This document shows, piece by piece, positions 1-9,600 of a stretch of DNA of 30,803 bases (positions are counted from its first letter, which is position 1; each line of letters starts with the position of its first letter). The notes beneath the pieces are model-generated. The model saw only the letters and a program-made list of their open reading frames with translations, had not been told where the DNA came from and made no database searches. This DNA is from a virus (lineage: Duplodnaviria > Caudoviricetes). The translations under genes and the position numbers were made by a program. The DNA lies in IMG/VR virus record IMGVR_UViG_3300028837_001614, positions 1 to 30,803 of that record; one strand, given 5' to 3'.

Positions 1-20
1 CTACGCTTGGTAGAGGATTA

Positions 21-194
21 TTACTTATCATCCTGAAAGAAAATCCCATCTAAAACATTCACAGCCTTATCATCAATTTTGGTTGCAGAGTCTTTTACCA
101 ATTCCAATAAAATAGGACGCAATTTAGAATAACCACTTCTTAAAGTTTTATAGAGCTTATAAAAAGTCATTAAATGTGCAAATATAATAAACAT
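21..194 (-). CDS. Small phage protein, 57 aa, not in the ORF track (MFIIFAHLMTFYKLY...KDSATKIDDKAVNVLDGIFFQDDK)
   Basis: Translated by hand. AGGAGG RBS upstream of ATG at 194; TAA at 21-23; hydrophobic N-terminus. Confidence 0.7.
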   Translation of the reverse strand: MFIIFAHLMTFYKLYKTLRSGYSKLRPILLELVKDSATKIDDKAVNVLDGIFFQDDK

Positions 195-216
195 GATTTA
201 CCTCCTTTCTTTTTAT

Positions 217-501
217 TCATTTTCTTTGCGAATCGTATCTTTCCTTTAAAACACGCCTTGTTAAAACAGCTAATAACTCTAATAACTGATTATACCATTC
301 AGTTGTGTCGGATAGCATTCCTCCAGAAATCCAATCAGCTAGTTTAAACCTTAAATATTTAAAATATGATTTTTTCAATCCAGTATTAATCTCATCGCCC
401 TTATAGAAAAATAGAGGCATTCCATTAACTCTCTTGTATGGCATTCTCAAGAGAATATGACCTCGTAAACGCCCAAGATGATGATTGATGGATTGATCCA
501 T
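217..501 (-). CDS. Hypothetical protein, 94 aa
   Basis: ATG directly abuts the stop of the ClpP-like gene, suggesting translational coupling. Confidence 0.6.
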   Translation of the reverse strand: MDQSINHHLGRLRGHILLRMPYKRVNGMPLFFYKGDEINTGLKKSYFKYLRFKLADWISGGMLSDTTEWYNQLLELLAVLTRRVLKERYDSQRK

Positions 502-1326
502 TTACTCTTTTATGAAACCGTCTGCAAAGCCATATTCTACAGCTTTCTTGCCTGTCATCCAAAATTCTCTAAAATTAACTTTATCATCCAGTTGCTCTTT
601 CGTCATTTTTGATACTGAAGCAAGATAGGTGTGTGCTGTATCCTGAAGATGTCTATAAATTTTTGCTCTTTCTTCAGTGTTAGATGGAGTGCCAATCTCG
701 GGCCATTCCATTGCCTGTACTTCGTGCCACATCAATTCAGCATGGGGATTAACCGATCTATATCCTTTGCTTCCACTTGCCATAATGACAAAACCAGCGG
801 ATATAGCAATTCCATTGCTTTTTGTCTCAATGATATTTCCATTGGATTTCCATTTATTCATTAGCCCAACAATGCGCCACATTTCAAACCCACTTCCACC
901 AAAACTATGCACTTCAAATATTGCATGGTTAATATTTTGATCAGCAAAAAAATCCAATACTTTCTTTACCACATCACTTTTAATGTTTGTGAGCTTATAA
1001 TAGCCATGTTGTTTATCTCCATCCTTATATATTTTAGTATCGGTATTTGGGTAAGTTATATGAGCATCCCAGGGCACCTCTTTGACCCGCCAATCCTTAG
1101 TGTGGCATGTCATACAAATACTATCCATTTTAGTTTTAGGGCAAATAGATTTCTCTTCTTTAGCACTTTCTTTATATACTGTAGTGACAGTTTCTTTTAT
1201 TGGAGTCCTGTCATTATCAGCAAACGCTATACTCACTAATACACTCAGGACAATAACGGCTACCAAAGCAAAACTAATTCCCAAAGCTAGCAAGTTTGAT
1301 CGCCATTTGTTTTTTAATGTTCTCAT
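502..1326 (-). CDS. ClpP/crotonase-fold (S14-like) serine protease with N-terminal TM/signal segment and CxxCH motif
   Basis: HSFGGSG (cf. ClpP NSPGG), AISAG (nucleophile Ser), PHAELMWHE (His), FWMTGKKAVEYGFAD (cf. ClpP C-terminal motif). Hydrophobic residues ~12-36, CMTCH, AGGAGG RBS. Confidence 0.85.
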   Translation of the reverse strand: MRTLKNKWRSNLLALGISFALVAVIVLSVLVSIAFADNDRTPIKETVTTVYKESAKEEKSICPKTKMDSICMTCHTKDWRVKEVPWDAHITYPNTDTKIYKDGDKQHGYYKLTNIKSDVVKKVLDFFADQNINHAIFEVHSFGGSGFEMWRIVGLMNKWKSNGNIIETKSNGIAISAGFVIMASGSKGYRSVNPHAELMWHEVQAMEWPEIGTPSNTEERAKIYRHLQDTAHTYLASVSKMTKEQLDDKVNFREFWMTGKKAVEYGFADGFIKE

Positions 1327-1350
1327 CTTGTCCTCCTGTTAAAGTTGTTT

Positions 1351-1656
1351 TTATCTTCCTTCATCTAAACTATAATGATTACCATCATCCCATCGGCCTC
1401 CCCAAGTCCCACCTATCGATTCCCAAAACAAGCCGAGAGGTTCATGGTCTTTAGTTTTTCTAAGATATTTTCCATCTTTAAAAATGTTCAAATCTATTGC
1501 CAACCTTTTAAAATGAAAGCTGCCTCTTCTGTGTCTTTTGTGAGAAGGAAAAGATTGAGCATCAGCGAAGGTGAGTTCATACCCTTTCTCATAAGCGAAC
1601 AGGATAAGTAGGCCTACCATCCTGGCAAATTTACTTTGTCTTTTTCTTAGGCTCAT
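1351..1656 (-). CDS. Endolysin, M15-family Zn peptidase (L-Ala-D-Glu peptidase type)
   Basis: SFHFKRLAID (SxHxxxxAxD) and WGGRWDDGNHYS motifs. Likely start is MSLRKRQSKF at 1656 rather than 1719. Confidence 0.9.
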   Translation of the reverse strand: MSLRKRQSKFARMVGLLILFAYEKGYELTFADAQSFPSHKRHRRGSFHFKRLAIDLNIFKDGKYLRKTKDHEPLGLFWESIGGTWGGRWDDGNHYSLDEGR

Positions 1657-1813
1657 TTGCTTGTCTTCTATATGCTTCCTCAATTCGGTCCGCACATTTT
1701 CTAAATACTTTAGGTGCATCCGGACTAAAATGTTTTATTAGCTCCTTATCTGTATAAAGGAGAGTAATAGAAGATATTTGTTGAATAAGGTTATCCCCGT
1801 TAAGCACACTCAT
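1631..1813 (-). CDS. Hypothetical protein, 60 aa
   Basis: Lies downstream of the sigma70-like promoter and overlaps the endolysin start by 26 nt; RBS weak. Confidence 0.5.
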   Translation of the reverse strand: MSVLNGDNLIQQISSITLLYTDKELIKHFSPDAPKVFRKCADRIEEAYRRQANEPKKKTK

Positions 1814-1861
1814 TTTAAAACCCCATTATTTATTTAGGTAGCCAATGATTTTCCTTTGCTC

Positions 1862-1878
1862 TTGGCACATTTCTTGCT
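1862..1878 (+). promoter_or_regulatory. sigma54 (-24/-12) site, antisense to the late operon
   Basis: TTGGCACATTTCTTGCT: GG(1864-65)-N10-GC(1876-77), intergenic. Confidence 0.55.
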
Positions 1879-1886
1879 TATCTGTA

Positions 1887-1915
1887 AGTATATATGTAAG
1901 TTCAGGCAAAGTCAA
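1887..1915 (-). promoter_or_regulatory. sigma70-like promoter for the endolysin/ClpP-like genes
   Basis: TTGACT-17 bp-TATACT on the - strand. Confidence 0.7.
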
Positions 1916-1944
1916 GATATTTTACATAACATTGTAAGATTATC

Positions 1945-2130
1945 TTACTTACCATTTAAATGATCTTCAATCCTATTTAATTGATCTTTTTGGTCATCGA
2001 ATCGTTCTTTTATATATTCTTTATAATCCTCAAACCGTTTATTATTAACCTTGCTTCTTATTCTGACTTCAAACCAGCCAACTAATGCTATAGGAAGACC
2101 AATTAAAATCTTTTCAGATATTCCGTTCAT
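1945..2130 (-). CDS. Putative holin-like membrane protein
   Basis: 61 aa, one N-terminal hydrophobic segment plus charged coiled coil. Last gene of the tail block, near the endolysin; AGGAG RBS. Confidence 0.55.
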   Translation of the reverse strand: MNGISEKILIGLPIALVGWFEVRIRSKVNNKRFEDYKEYIKERFDDQKDQLNRIEDHLNGK

Positions 2131-2139
2131 ATAATCTCC

Positions 2140-3345
2140 TTATTGCACCTCACAACCCGTTATAACAAGCCCTACATTAATATTGGGATTTGCGCCCGCT
2201 CCATCTGCGGTAACACTTACAGAACTTTCATCATCGTCATTTGATGGAATAATAAGAGTATCTTGTGTGGCTGAGCCAGCACTTGTTGGTGAAAATCGGA
2301 CTCCACAAGTACAACTTTCAGTTGGGTTCAGGTCAGCATCCGTACAATTATCATCTACTAAACTGAATGGCGCAGCTAATCCAGTTAGCGTTTCTATTTC
2401 CAAAATGTCAGTACCATCATTTTTCACAGTCACGGTACAATCCATAGTTTCGCCTATTGCAACTGTCCCAAAATCAATACTTAAATCTGCATCAAACCCA
2501 TTAGTAACAGTAATTTCAGGTGCTCCACCACCACCCCTGGGGCCGACATAAGTTTCATCAACAATAATATCATCAAAGTAATAATGAATTGCTCCTGAAG
2601 TATTTAAGGAAAAACCGGAAAACATAACCATATCAGTAGTTGCATAGCTCCAAGCCATATCGTAATCTATTACATGAGCAGTTTCATTGATCCAAAGTGA
2701 TGTTTTATCATTGTCAAAATCTACCATCCATTCAACCAGTATCCATTCAGCCTCATGATCTTCAATAGGAAAATAAGTTCTGCTACCTCCACGTGCAGCT
2801 TGGTTATTTCCTATCCATTGTTCTGGATTATAGCTGTGTGCTACCAATACATGCTTCCCACCAAGCACAGAGGTACAATCATAATAACCGCCATCATATT
2901 CACCACATTTTCGGAAATCTAAAGCAACTTCAGCAGATTGAGAGGTACTTAAAAAGACTAAGTGGCAAAAACTGCCAACATTCGTAGTTTCACCAGATGG
3001 GATATATAGATAAAATCTAACATAGACCTTGCCTGGGCTTCCAGCAATGGCATGAGTTAAATCAACTGTGCTTTTTTTCCCATCTGCTTTAAGCAACATT
3101 AAACTTCTTGTACCACTATTTTTTTGATCTGTAGTTATGTCTCCATCATCACAATTACCATAATCGGCAGGTGTCCAGTTATGCCATTCTTCTCCATCTT
3201 TCGTAGGCCAGGGATCGGGTGGGGTATCAGCATCCCAATCCTCACAAACGAGATAGCCATTGCTTTCAGTACACGACCCCCCGAAAGTAACAATCGGGTA
3301 GAATAGAAAAACTATTAATAATATTATTATTTTAACTCTGGTCAT
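2140..3345 (-). CDS. Exported-type protein: ConA/polysaccharide-lyase-like beta-sandwich plus C-terminal Ig-like (ASH/choice-of-anchor D) domain
   Basis: Signal-like MTRVKIIILLIVFLFYPIVTFG; VYVRFYLY and YYFDDIIV motifs; DFGTVAIG...TVKNDGT...LNPTESCTCGVRFSPT...SNDDDE; several Cys pairs. Confidence 0.7.
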   Translation of the reverse strand: MTRVKIIILLIVFLFYPIVTFGGSCTESNGYLVCEDWDADTPPDPWPTKDGEEWHNWTPADYGNCDDGDITTDQKNSGTRSLMLLKADGKKSTVDLTHAIAGSPGKVYVRFYLYIPSGETTNVGSFCHLVFLSTSQSAEVALDFRKCGEYDGGYYDCTSVLGGKHVLVAHSYNPEQWIGNNQAARGGSRTYFPIEDHEAEWILVEWMVDFDNDKTSLWINETAHVIDYDMAWSYATTDMVMFSGFSLNTSGAIHYYFDDIIVDETYVGPRGGGGAPEITVTNGFDADLSIDFGTVAIGETMDCTVTVKNDGTDILEIETLTGLAAPFSLVDDNCTDADLNPTESCTCGVRFSPTSAGSATQDTLIIPSNDDDESSVSVTADGAGANPNINVGLVITGCEVQ

Positions 3346-4066
3346 AAGTCACCCATATCCAAAAATCATCAACGAAAAAATCATTAATGCCACCGTCAAT
3401 CTCAGTCGCTCCAAGTTTTATGACTGTTGGTTCAGTTGAAAGTGCTGTAACTGCATCTCCGTCACTATCATCTAACCAATCGCCAGCAGCCACTTTGATT
3501 CCTATTTTATTCTCTGAAACAGACCATCGGATCTGAATATTAGTCCATGTATCATCGGATATGGTATCAGTTGACTCTACAACAACAGAGGAGCCATCCC
3601 CCTTGTGTTTTAACCAGATGGTATTATCAATATTAACTTTTGCTTGTACCATATCATTTGCACCGTGGTATGCTTCAAAAAAGGGCTTGAATGTTGTTGT
3701 TTCATCTGCATATATCCAAACTGAAACAGACCCAGCGGCAGAATCAAATATATCCTTAGTTGTTATAGGAAATGACATATAATCGTCATCTGCATTGAGT
3801 AATAATGAATTAGTATCACGGGCTTGCGCTTGGCTAATGGTTGCCCCGCTAAGTGTACCTGTTTTTGTCCCACCACTAACACAGGCTGTTACCGTGCTTG
3901 TCGTGTGTTCACCATCCCAATAGAGTTCGGCTGTGCCAAGAGGGTCGCAAGAAGCATCACCAGCAGCCTTCTTCATCTTGATAACTTGAGCTTGATAGTG
4001 CTGTATGCTAAAACCAAAGATAAAAGGTAAAACAGCAATGAGAAATAATACTATCCACTTCTTCAT
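3332..4066 (-). CDS. LamG/ConA-like lectin-fold protein with signal-peptide-like N-terminus
   Basis: MKKWIVLFLIAVLPFIFG (GGAG RBS supports a start at 4066); GSVSVWIY, DDTWTNIQIRW, VDDFWIW. Confidence 0.7.
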   Translation of the reverse strand: MKKWIVLFLIAVLPFIFGFSIQHYQAQVIKMKKAAGDASCDPLGTAELYWDGEHTTSTVTACVSGGTKTGTLSGATISQAQARDTNSLLLNADDDYMSFPITTKDIFDSAAGSVSVWIYADETTTFKPFFEAYHGANDMVQAKVNIDNTIWLKHKGDGSSVVVESTDTISDDTWTNIQIRWSVSENKIGIKVAAGDWLDDSDGDAVTALSTEPTVIKLGATEIDGGINDFFVDDFWIWVTYDQS

Positions 4067-4080
4067 ATTTTTAATCTCCA

Positions 4081-6237
4081 TTAGCTATCATCCGTCCACG
4101 GATCGCCATCATTAGAGCCTGAAATAGTGTACCAACCATCAGCAGAGAAATATGTTACAACAATAAGATCGCCTGTCGTGGATGTATTTGTGACCTTATC
4201 TCCATCATCCAGCAATGTTCCGTCTAAATACTGTTTATCAGAGTTGTTCGGATCGCCACTTACCGCCACAGCCCCAATTGTAATGATGGTGAAATGCATC
4301 CCCGTGGCCACTGCTGGATAGGTAATAACAGCAGCATCGGTAACGTAGATAACCCCACCATAGGCTTCCATTGCATTATCTGTACCTATGGTATATGCTG
4401 CTGCCTTTGAGTTGGTTACTACCCCTCCGGCAAGGAGACCTGTGCCATAACGATTTAAAGTAGTCCAATTAACCGTTGTAGTTCCACTTACAGGGCTTGA
4501 TACTCCAACAGTGTCTGTGCCATAATCAAAATCCCACACAAGAGATTCATAGGTAGCTAAATCAAGAGGCGCAACTGAGGGATTCGCAGCCGTATAGTCT
4601 GCTAAAACACCCATGTAAAGATGTGAATCAGAGCCATCCCAGAATAGATGTGTATATTGAGTGCCTGCTGTGCCAGCCCCCCATGCTGTTAGGGCAAAAT
4701 CACTAATCTCTCCATCTTCTGTTGTGGTGGAAAAACCAGATTCAAGGGTCATTGAATATTCATCTGCTGCCGCTGCCCCCGCTGCATCGGAATCTCTTTG
4801 AATAAATGAGGGGGTAGCTGAGCCACCAGTATCCACTCCCCCTAATGCTGTGACTTTTCCTGCGGCATCGACATTATATACTTCGGCTGCACCTACTTTA
4901 TAGGACGCAAAATCAGGGTCGGTTTCGCCATCTGCCAATTTCAATTCAAGCAGAGTTCCATCCGTGGGATTACCTGTCTTTTGCTCAATAACAAGACCTG
5001 ATACGTCTGCAAATGCCCCTGTGAGTTCGATAGTAAACATATCGTGATCGGTATCACCGAAATCCATAGAGGTATAAAAATCTGTAAAATCAAAGGCTTT
5101 ATTGGCATCTGGATTGCCTATGTCATCCCATGCAGTTGCACCTGAGTCAGCCTTCATATAGAATTTATCGTTGTCAGCATCATAAGCTACTATATAATCA
5201 TCAACTGAGGGCAAAACAGCCAAATCCACAATATATCGAGCCTCATCCTGATCGTACCAAACCAAAGCTCCATCTGCTAAACCCGTAACCGTTGTATCAT
5301 ATAGAATTTCACCTGCTGCGCCTGGAGTTGCATCTGCCCCAGTTATAGTAATTTTGGTTGTAAAGGTGGGTGCGGTTCCAAATACTGCTACTCCTGTACC
5401 TGTTTCGTCATCAAGGGCAGCAAGCAAGCCAGCGGAGTCGTCTAATTCTCCCTCAAATGCTGCGTCTGCGGATGCTATATCGTAAAAATCCGTGCCAGCT
5501 TCGAGGTCTAATTGGCTTCGCACAGTTGCAGGAGCCACAAATGCCAAATCAGAATTATCATCATCGCTGGTAAGCATATAATAGTTACCACCAGAGGTAA
5601 CAACTTCATAGGTATCCGCTGCCGTTTGTGCAATAATAGAAACATCTGCTTCAGTAAGACCTACGATAGAGGCAAGAGCAGCGTGTTGGGCTTGGACAGC
5701 TACACCTATATCGCCAGAGACCACAATGTATTCATCACCAATCCAGAGTTGGGTTGAGCCCGCTCCATTTGTGGCATCATCAATCTTGTTGGCATCCTGG
5801 TCTGTCCCTATTGCAACCCCATTGGTTATCGCAGGTGTACCAGAAATGGTTTCGAGTGTGAGAGTGGTAGGTATATCTCCGTCTTCCAATGCCCTGAAAG
5901 CAGGAGCCGCGCTCGCACCATTGGATTCAAGGAAAGTGCCGTTTGCCCCGAGAGTTATCTGTTGAATAAATGGATCTGCAGCATCTGAGTAGAACATTCT
6001 CCAGGCTGTAGGGCCTGCCAAGGTTTGTAAGTCAGTATCTACCACAAAATCTATGTCATTGGTTGCATCCTGATAGGTAACACTAACACCTGTTTCAGTA
6101 CCCCCAAGCATGGCTCCAACCCAATCTTGCACTTCTTCTTTAGATCCTCTCCATCCTTCACCTTTAAATCCCATAAATAATGTAATAGATAGGATAAATA
6201 AGAATCCAAACAGAACTCCTTTATTTAAACCTTTCAT
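4081..6237 (-). CDS. Tail fibre-like protein, acidic, with hydrophobic N-terminus
   Basis: G/T/A/D-rich; DETGTGVAVFGTAPT fibre-type motif; beta-rich C-terminal domain; AGGAG RBS. Confidence 0.7.
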   Translation of the reverse strand: MKGLNKGVLFGFLFILSITLFMGFKGEGWRGSKEEVQDWVGAMLGGTETGVSVTYQDATNDIDFVVDTDLQTLAGPTAWRMFYSDAADPFIQQITLGANGTFLESNGASAAPAFRALEDGDIPTTLTLETISGTPAITNGVAIGTDQDANKIDDATNGAGSTQLWIGDEYIVVSGDIGVAVQAQHAALASIVGLTEADVSIIAQTAADTYEVVTSGGNYYMLTSDDDNSDLAFVAPATVRSQLDLEAGTDFYDIASADAAFEGELDDSAGLLAALDDETGTGVAVFGTAPTFTTKITITGADATPGAAGEILYDTTVTGLADGALVWYDQDEARYIVDLAVLPSVDDYIVAYDADNDKFYMKADSGATAWDDIGNPDANKAFDFTDFYTSMDFGDTDHDMFTIELTGAFADVSGLVIEQKTGNPTDGTLLELKLADGETDPDFASYKVGAAEVYNVDAAGKVTALGGVDTGGSATPSFIQRDSDAAGAAAADEYSMTLESGFSTTTEDGEISDFALTAWGAGTAGTQYTHLFWDGSDSHLYMGVLADYTAANPSVAPLDLATYESLVWDFDYGTDTVGVSSPVSGTTTVNWTTLNRYGTGLLAGGVVTNSKAAAYTIGTDNAMEAYGGVIYVTDAAVITYPAVATGMHFTIITIGAVAVSGDPNNSDKQYLDGTLLDDGDKVTNTSTTGDLIVVTYFSADGWYTISGSNDGDPWTDDS

Positions 6238-6247
6238 GTTGATCTCC

Positions 6248-6592
6248 TTATGTGCTACACAGAATAGCAGTTACAGTTATAGTGTCTGATGTACCCGTTT
6301 CTGAGCATTTGATTTTCAGGGATTCGCAAGGTAAGGGGGAGAAATCAACCATATCTATTCCATCACTCCCTGGCCCACTATTTTTAAGTTGTCCAGAAGC
6401 TATAGCCGTACCGTCATCAAGTACATAATGCTCTCCATCTGGTGAACTCTCATACTCAAACTTTGCCGTACCATCCCCTGAAACATCCCAATATAATGAG
6501 AAATGAGAATGTACTTCCGGTATGGCAATACCCTGACTTGTATAAGTCCCACTCGCTACTATTGTTTCTGCGTTTATTACTGTTTTGTGCAT
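6248..6592 (-). CDS. Small beta-sandwich virion/tail protein
   Basis: AGGAGG RBS, beta-rich composition, located ahead of the fibre gene. Confidence 0.6.
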   Translation of the reverse strand: MHKTVINAETIVASGTYTSQGIAIPEVHSHFSLYWDVSGDGTAKFEYESSPDGEHYVLDDGTAIASGQLKNSGPGSDGIDMVDFSPLPCESLKIKCSETGTSDTITVTAILCST

Positions 6593-6603
6593 TGTTGCCT
6601 CCT

Positions 6604-6641
6604 AATAAAAAACCCATCCATGCCCAATGCACGGATGGGTT
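6604..6641 (-). terminator. Intrinsic terminator within the late operon
   Basis: Minus strand AACCCATCC-GTGCATTGGGCAT-GGATGGGTT followed by TTTTATT. Confidence 0.75.
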
Positions 6642-6666
6642 AAAGTTAAAACTATGTTAGGTTAGG

Positions 6667-9600
6667 TTATTCTCTTAATTCTGGCAAATTAGGTGCCAAT
6701 ATCTCCATTTCTTTTTTATTTGGTTCTCTTCCATGTTGTGAAACAAACTTTTGTATATTTTTAATATCTCCCATTTTATCATATATTTCCTGCTTTTCCT
6801 GAAATACTGTATCTAAAGCAGAAAAACCAATGCCCGATAAGTATGCTCTCCACTTCATTTCGGGTCGTTCATCATCAAGTGTGATTGGCTGTGCATAAAT
6901 ACGGTTCAATTCATTAAGGAATGGGAAAGCTGTTTGGAAAGCGTGTCTCCATTTCTTATCCATTCCTAACATCATTTCACCTGTTTCTTTATTCATAATC
7001 TTATCAACAATATGCCAATCAGTCAGCTTGCTCTGTATTTTTTTAGGCAGATAAGCTACCCAAAAAGGGGCAGTCCCCATATCCATAGGATATTCTTTGA
7101 TTTTACTGATTTCAGGGAATGTCTTTATATTAAGACCCACCTCAGCTAATAGCTTGTATGGAGACATTGAACTTACCCAATGCCTTATGCTGCTAAGTCT
7201 GTTAAATTCCTGTGGAGGTAAATCTATAGACATATACATTGGCTTGCCCTTAGATGTTTTAAAGGGCGATTGAACATAAAGCAATTCTTGAAAGTAATCT
7301 GGCTTTAATCTTAATTCCTCTTGTGTCTCTGGCTCTTGAAAAGCTCGTGTCCCTTTAGCATAAGCCTGATATTTTCGGGGTTGGCTTAAAACATTTTGAA
7401 TCTGGAGAGGGATATTTTTACGACTCCAGGTATAAAATGGAAATACTCTTCTCATAACTTTCTTTTCAAAATCAGTCAATTCAGTATAGTCAAAAAGGTA
7501 TTTTCTGACACTCCGAGAAGCATCTTTAAAACTTTTACCCTTAGCAATCTGATCTAAAAAGGTAGCTATACGAGAATTATCTTCTATCATTACACCAAAC
7601 TTCCTACCAAGTTTCATAGGATTAAGGTGTCGTAATTTGCCATGATTTATAATAGATTCTAATTCATTAAAATAAGTTACTGGAATGTCAGCACCAGCCC
7701 ACCCTTTCCCATGTATGCCAAAATCCTCTATGGCTTTTTTAATCTCACCATAGCTGAAAATTTTGTTACCCAGTTTAATTTCTTTTAAAGCGCCTGATTG
7801 TATACCTGCAGCCTGGATAAATCTTTGTGGATTATTAACACCCGCTAACCATGCCTGCCACCAGTTAGAGTACATATTTCTTAAATGAAAGGGCAACCTC
7901 ATAACGGTTGCCATGCCCTTCCATGCATTTTGACCCTTATCAAATAATTTCCAGAATCCTCTTGTAGCAGGATCACCAGAGAATAAAGCTGATGCTCTGT
8001 TCATATCTCTTGCTACTGATTCAGGCATCATATACGTTGGAACCTTCCCACTAACACCAACCATTCGCCTTAATTGAACTTCACTAAGAGAACTAACATC
8101 AATAAGGTCTTTTTCCAAAAATTGTTCTGATAATGATGTCTTTGTTATTTCTGACTTTTCTGTTATCTCTCGGATAATATCGTCAACAGCACTTGAACCA
8201 CCAGCCTTTAACTTAGATATATAGACATCTGCTTCCCCAGTAGTCATGCCACGATTTGTAAGAGCATCACGCATAACACCTTCAAGTTTAGCAGTTGGGC
8301 CGCTTTCAGCAAGTTTAACACCACCTGTTATAGTTGTCTCAGTAGTTTTCTTAACTTCAGATATTTTCTCTGTTTTAATTCTAAGGTCTTGTAATTTGTC
8401 AGCTAATCCACGAAGATTTCTGACAAAATTTGGTTCTAAATACTCCTTACCATAAAACCTTAACGCCCCTTTAGGCAGATAAATTCCCTGTCCTTCGGGC
8501 ACAACTTTAGTTCCTGCCTTAACCTTCATGCCAAATTCACTTAGTGCGTTATCAACAAACTGTTTTTTTGCTATGACATTGACCTGTTCTAACCTTCTTA
8601 TTCCGAGAGATTTTAAGATATTCTCTTCTGGCTTATAGACTGCACTTTGAGCCTTAGCATAATTTTTTAAGTCCTTAAAATCTGTAACTTGTCCTTTACC
8701 AAAGGCATCTGTTAATCCATATTGTGCTATCTTTTCATTAGCTTCTTCTATTGTTTTGGCTTTTGAAATATCTAAAAATTCATCACTTAATCCTTTAGCA
8801 TCTTCAAGGGTTTCAAACTTGCGTTGTTTAAGGAAAGAAGGTTTTTTAACTTTATCAAATAATCCAGGCGGGAGTTTCCCAGATACTATATTGATACCAC
8901 GTTCAGGGTAATAATGAGCCATATAGGGAATTTCTTTTTGTTTCCATTTAGCGGCAGTATCAGCAGTAATAATATTCTTTTCCACTCCTTCATCTATAAG
9001 ACCATCAAATCTACTTCCAATCTGTTCAAGTTTTGTCTGCAATTTATAGGGCATATCAGCAACTTTATCGGGATGCTCTCTGAAATAAGAGAGTCTTTTC
9101 ATATCATCTGTATTTAAACCCTTGCTTAAATATTTAATATCATCAAGGATTCTCTCTTGCTCTGCCTCTAATCCTTTTTTGGCATAGTATTTCATCTCAT
9201 AATAAGGTTTTGGCAGTCCTGCACTTGGAATAAAACCTTTTGCCAGTTTTGTTTCCATAGCCTTTTCAGCCGCTTTTGTTGCTTTAACGGCTTTAATGCC
9301 CTTGCCTGTGCCCTTTGCAATAACTCCCATTGGTATATAAGTTGTTGGATCTGCAAATATGGCTAAAGAAAGTCCCATAGCTTTTTGTTTCCATTTACCC
9401 CATTCAGGGAATAAGGCAGGCATCAATTCATCATAGGTTCCTTTTTCTTCACCCTTTAATCCCTTAATAGCAGACTTTACATCAAATGGTTTGCCAAGCA
9501 TGTAGTCCTTTGCCAAAGCAGCAGAGGCATATTCACCCCTTGAGAGAACGTCTATCATCTTACCGAGTAAGGTTCCACCACCTATCTTTGCTTCTTCAGC

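Noticed and set aside
1657-1719. N-terminal extension of the endolysin
   Set aside because: It overlaps the upstream ORF; MSLRKRQ at 1656 is the start typical of this peptidase type.
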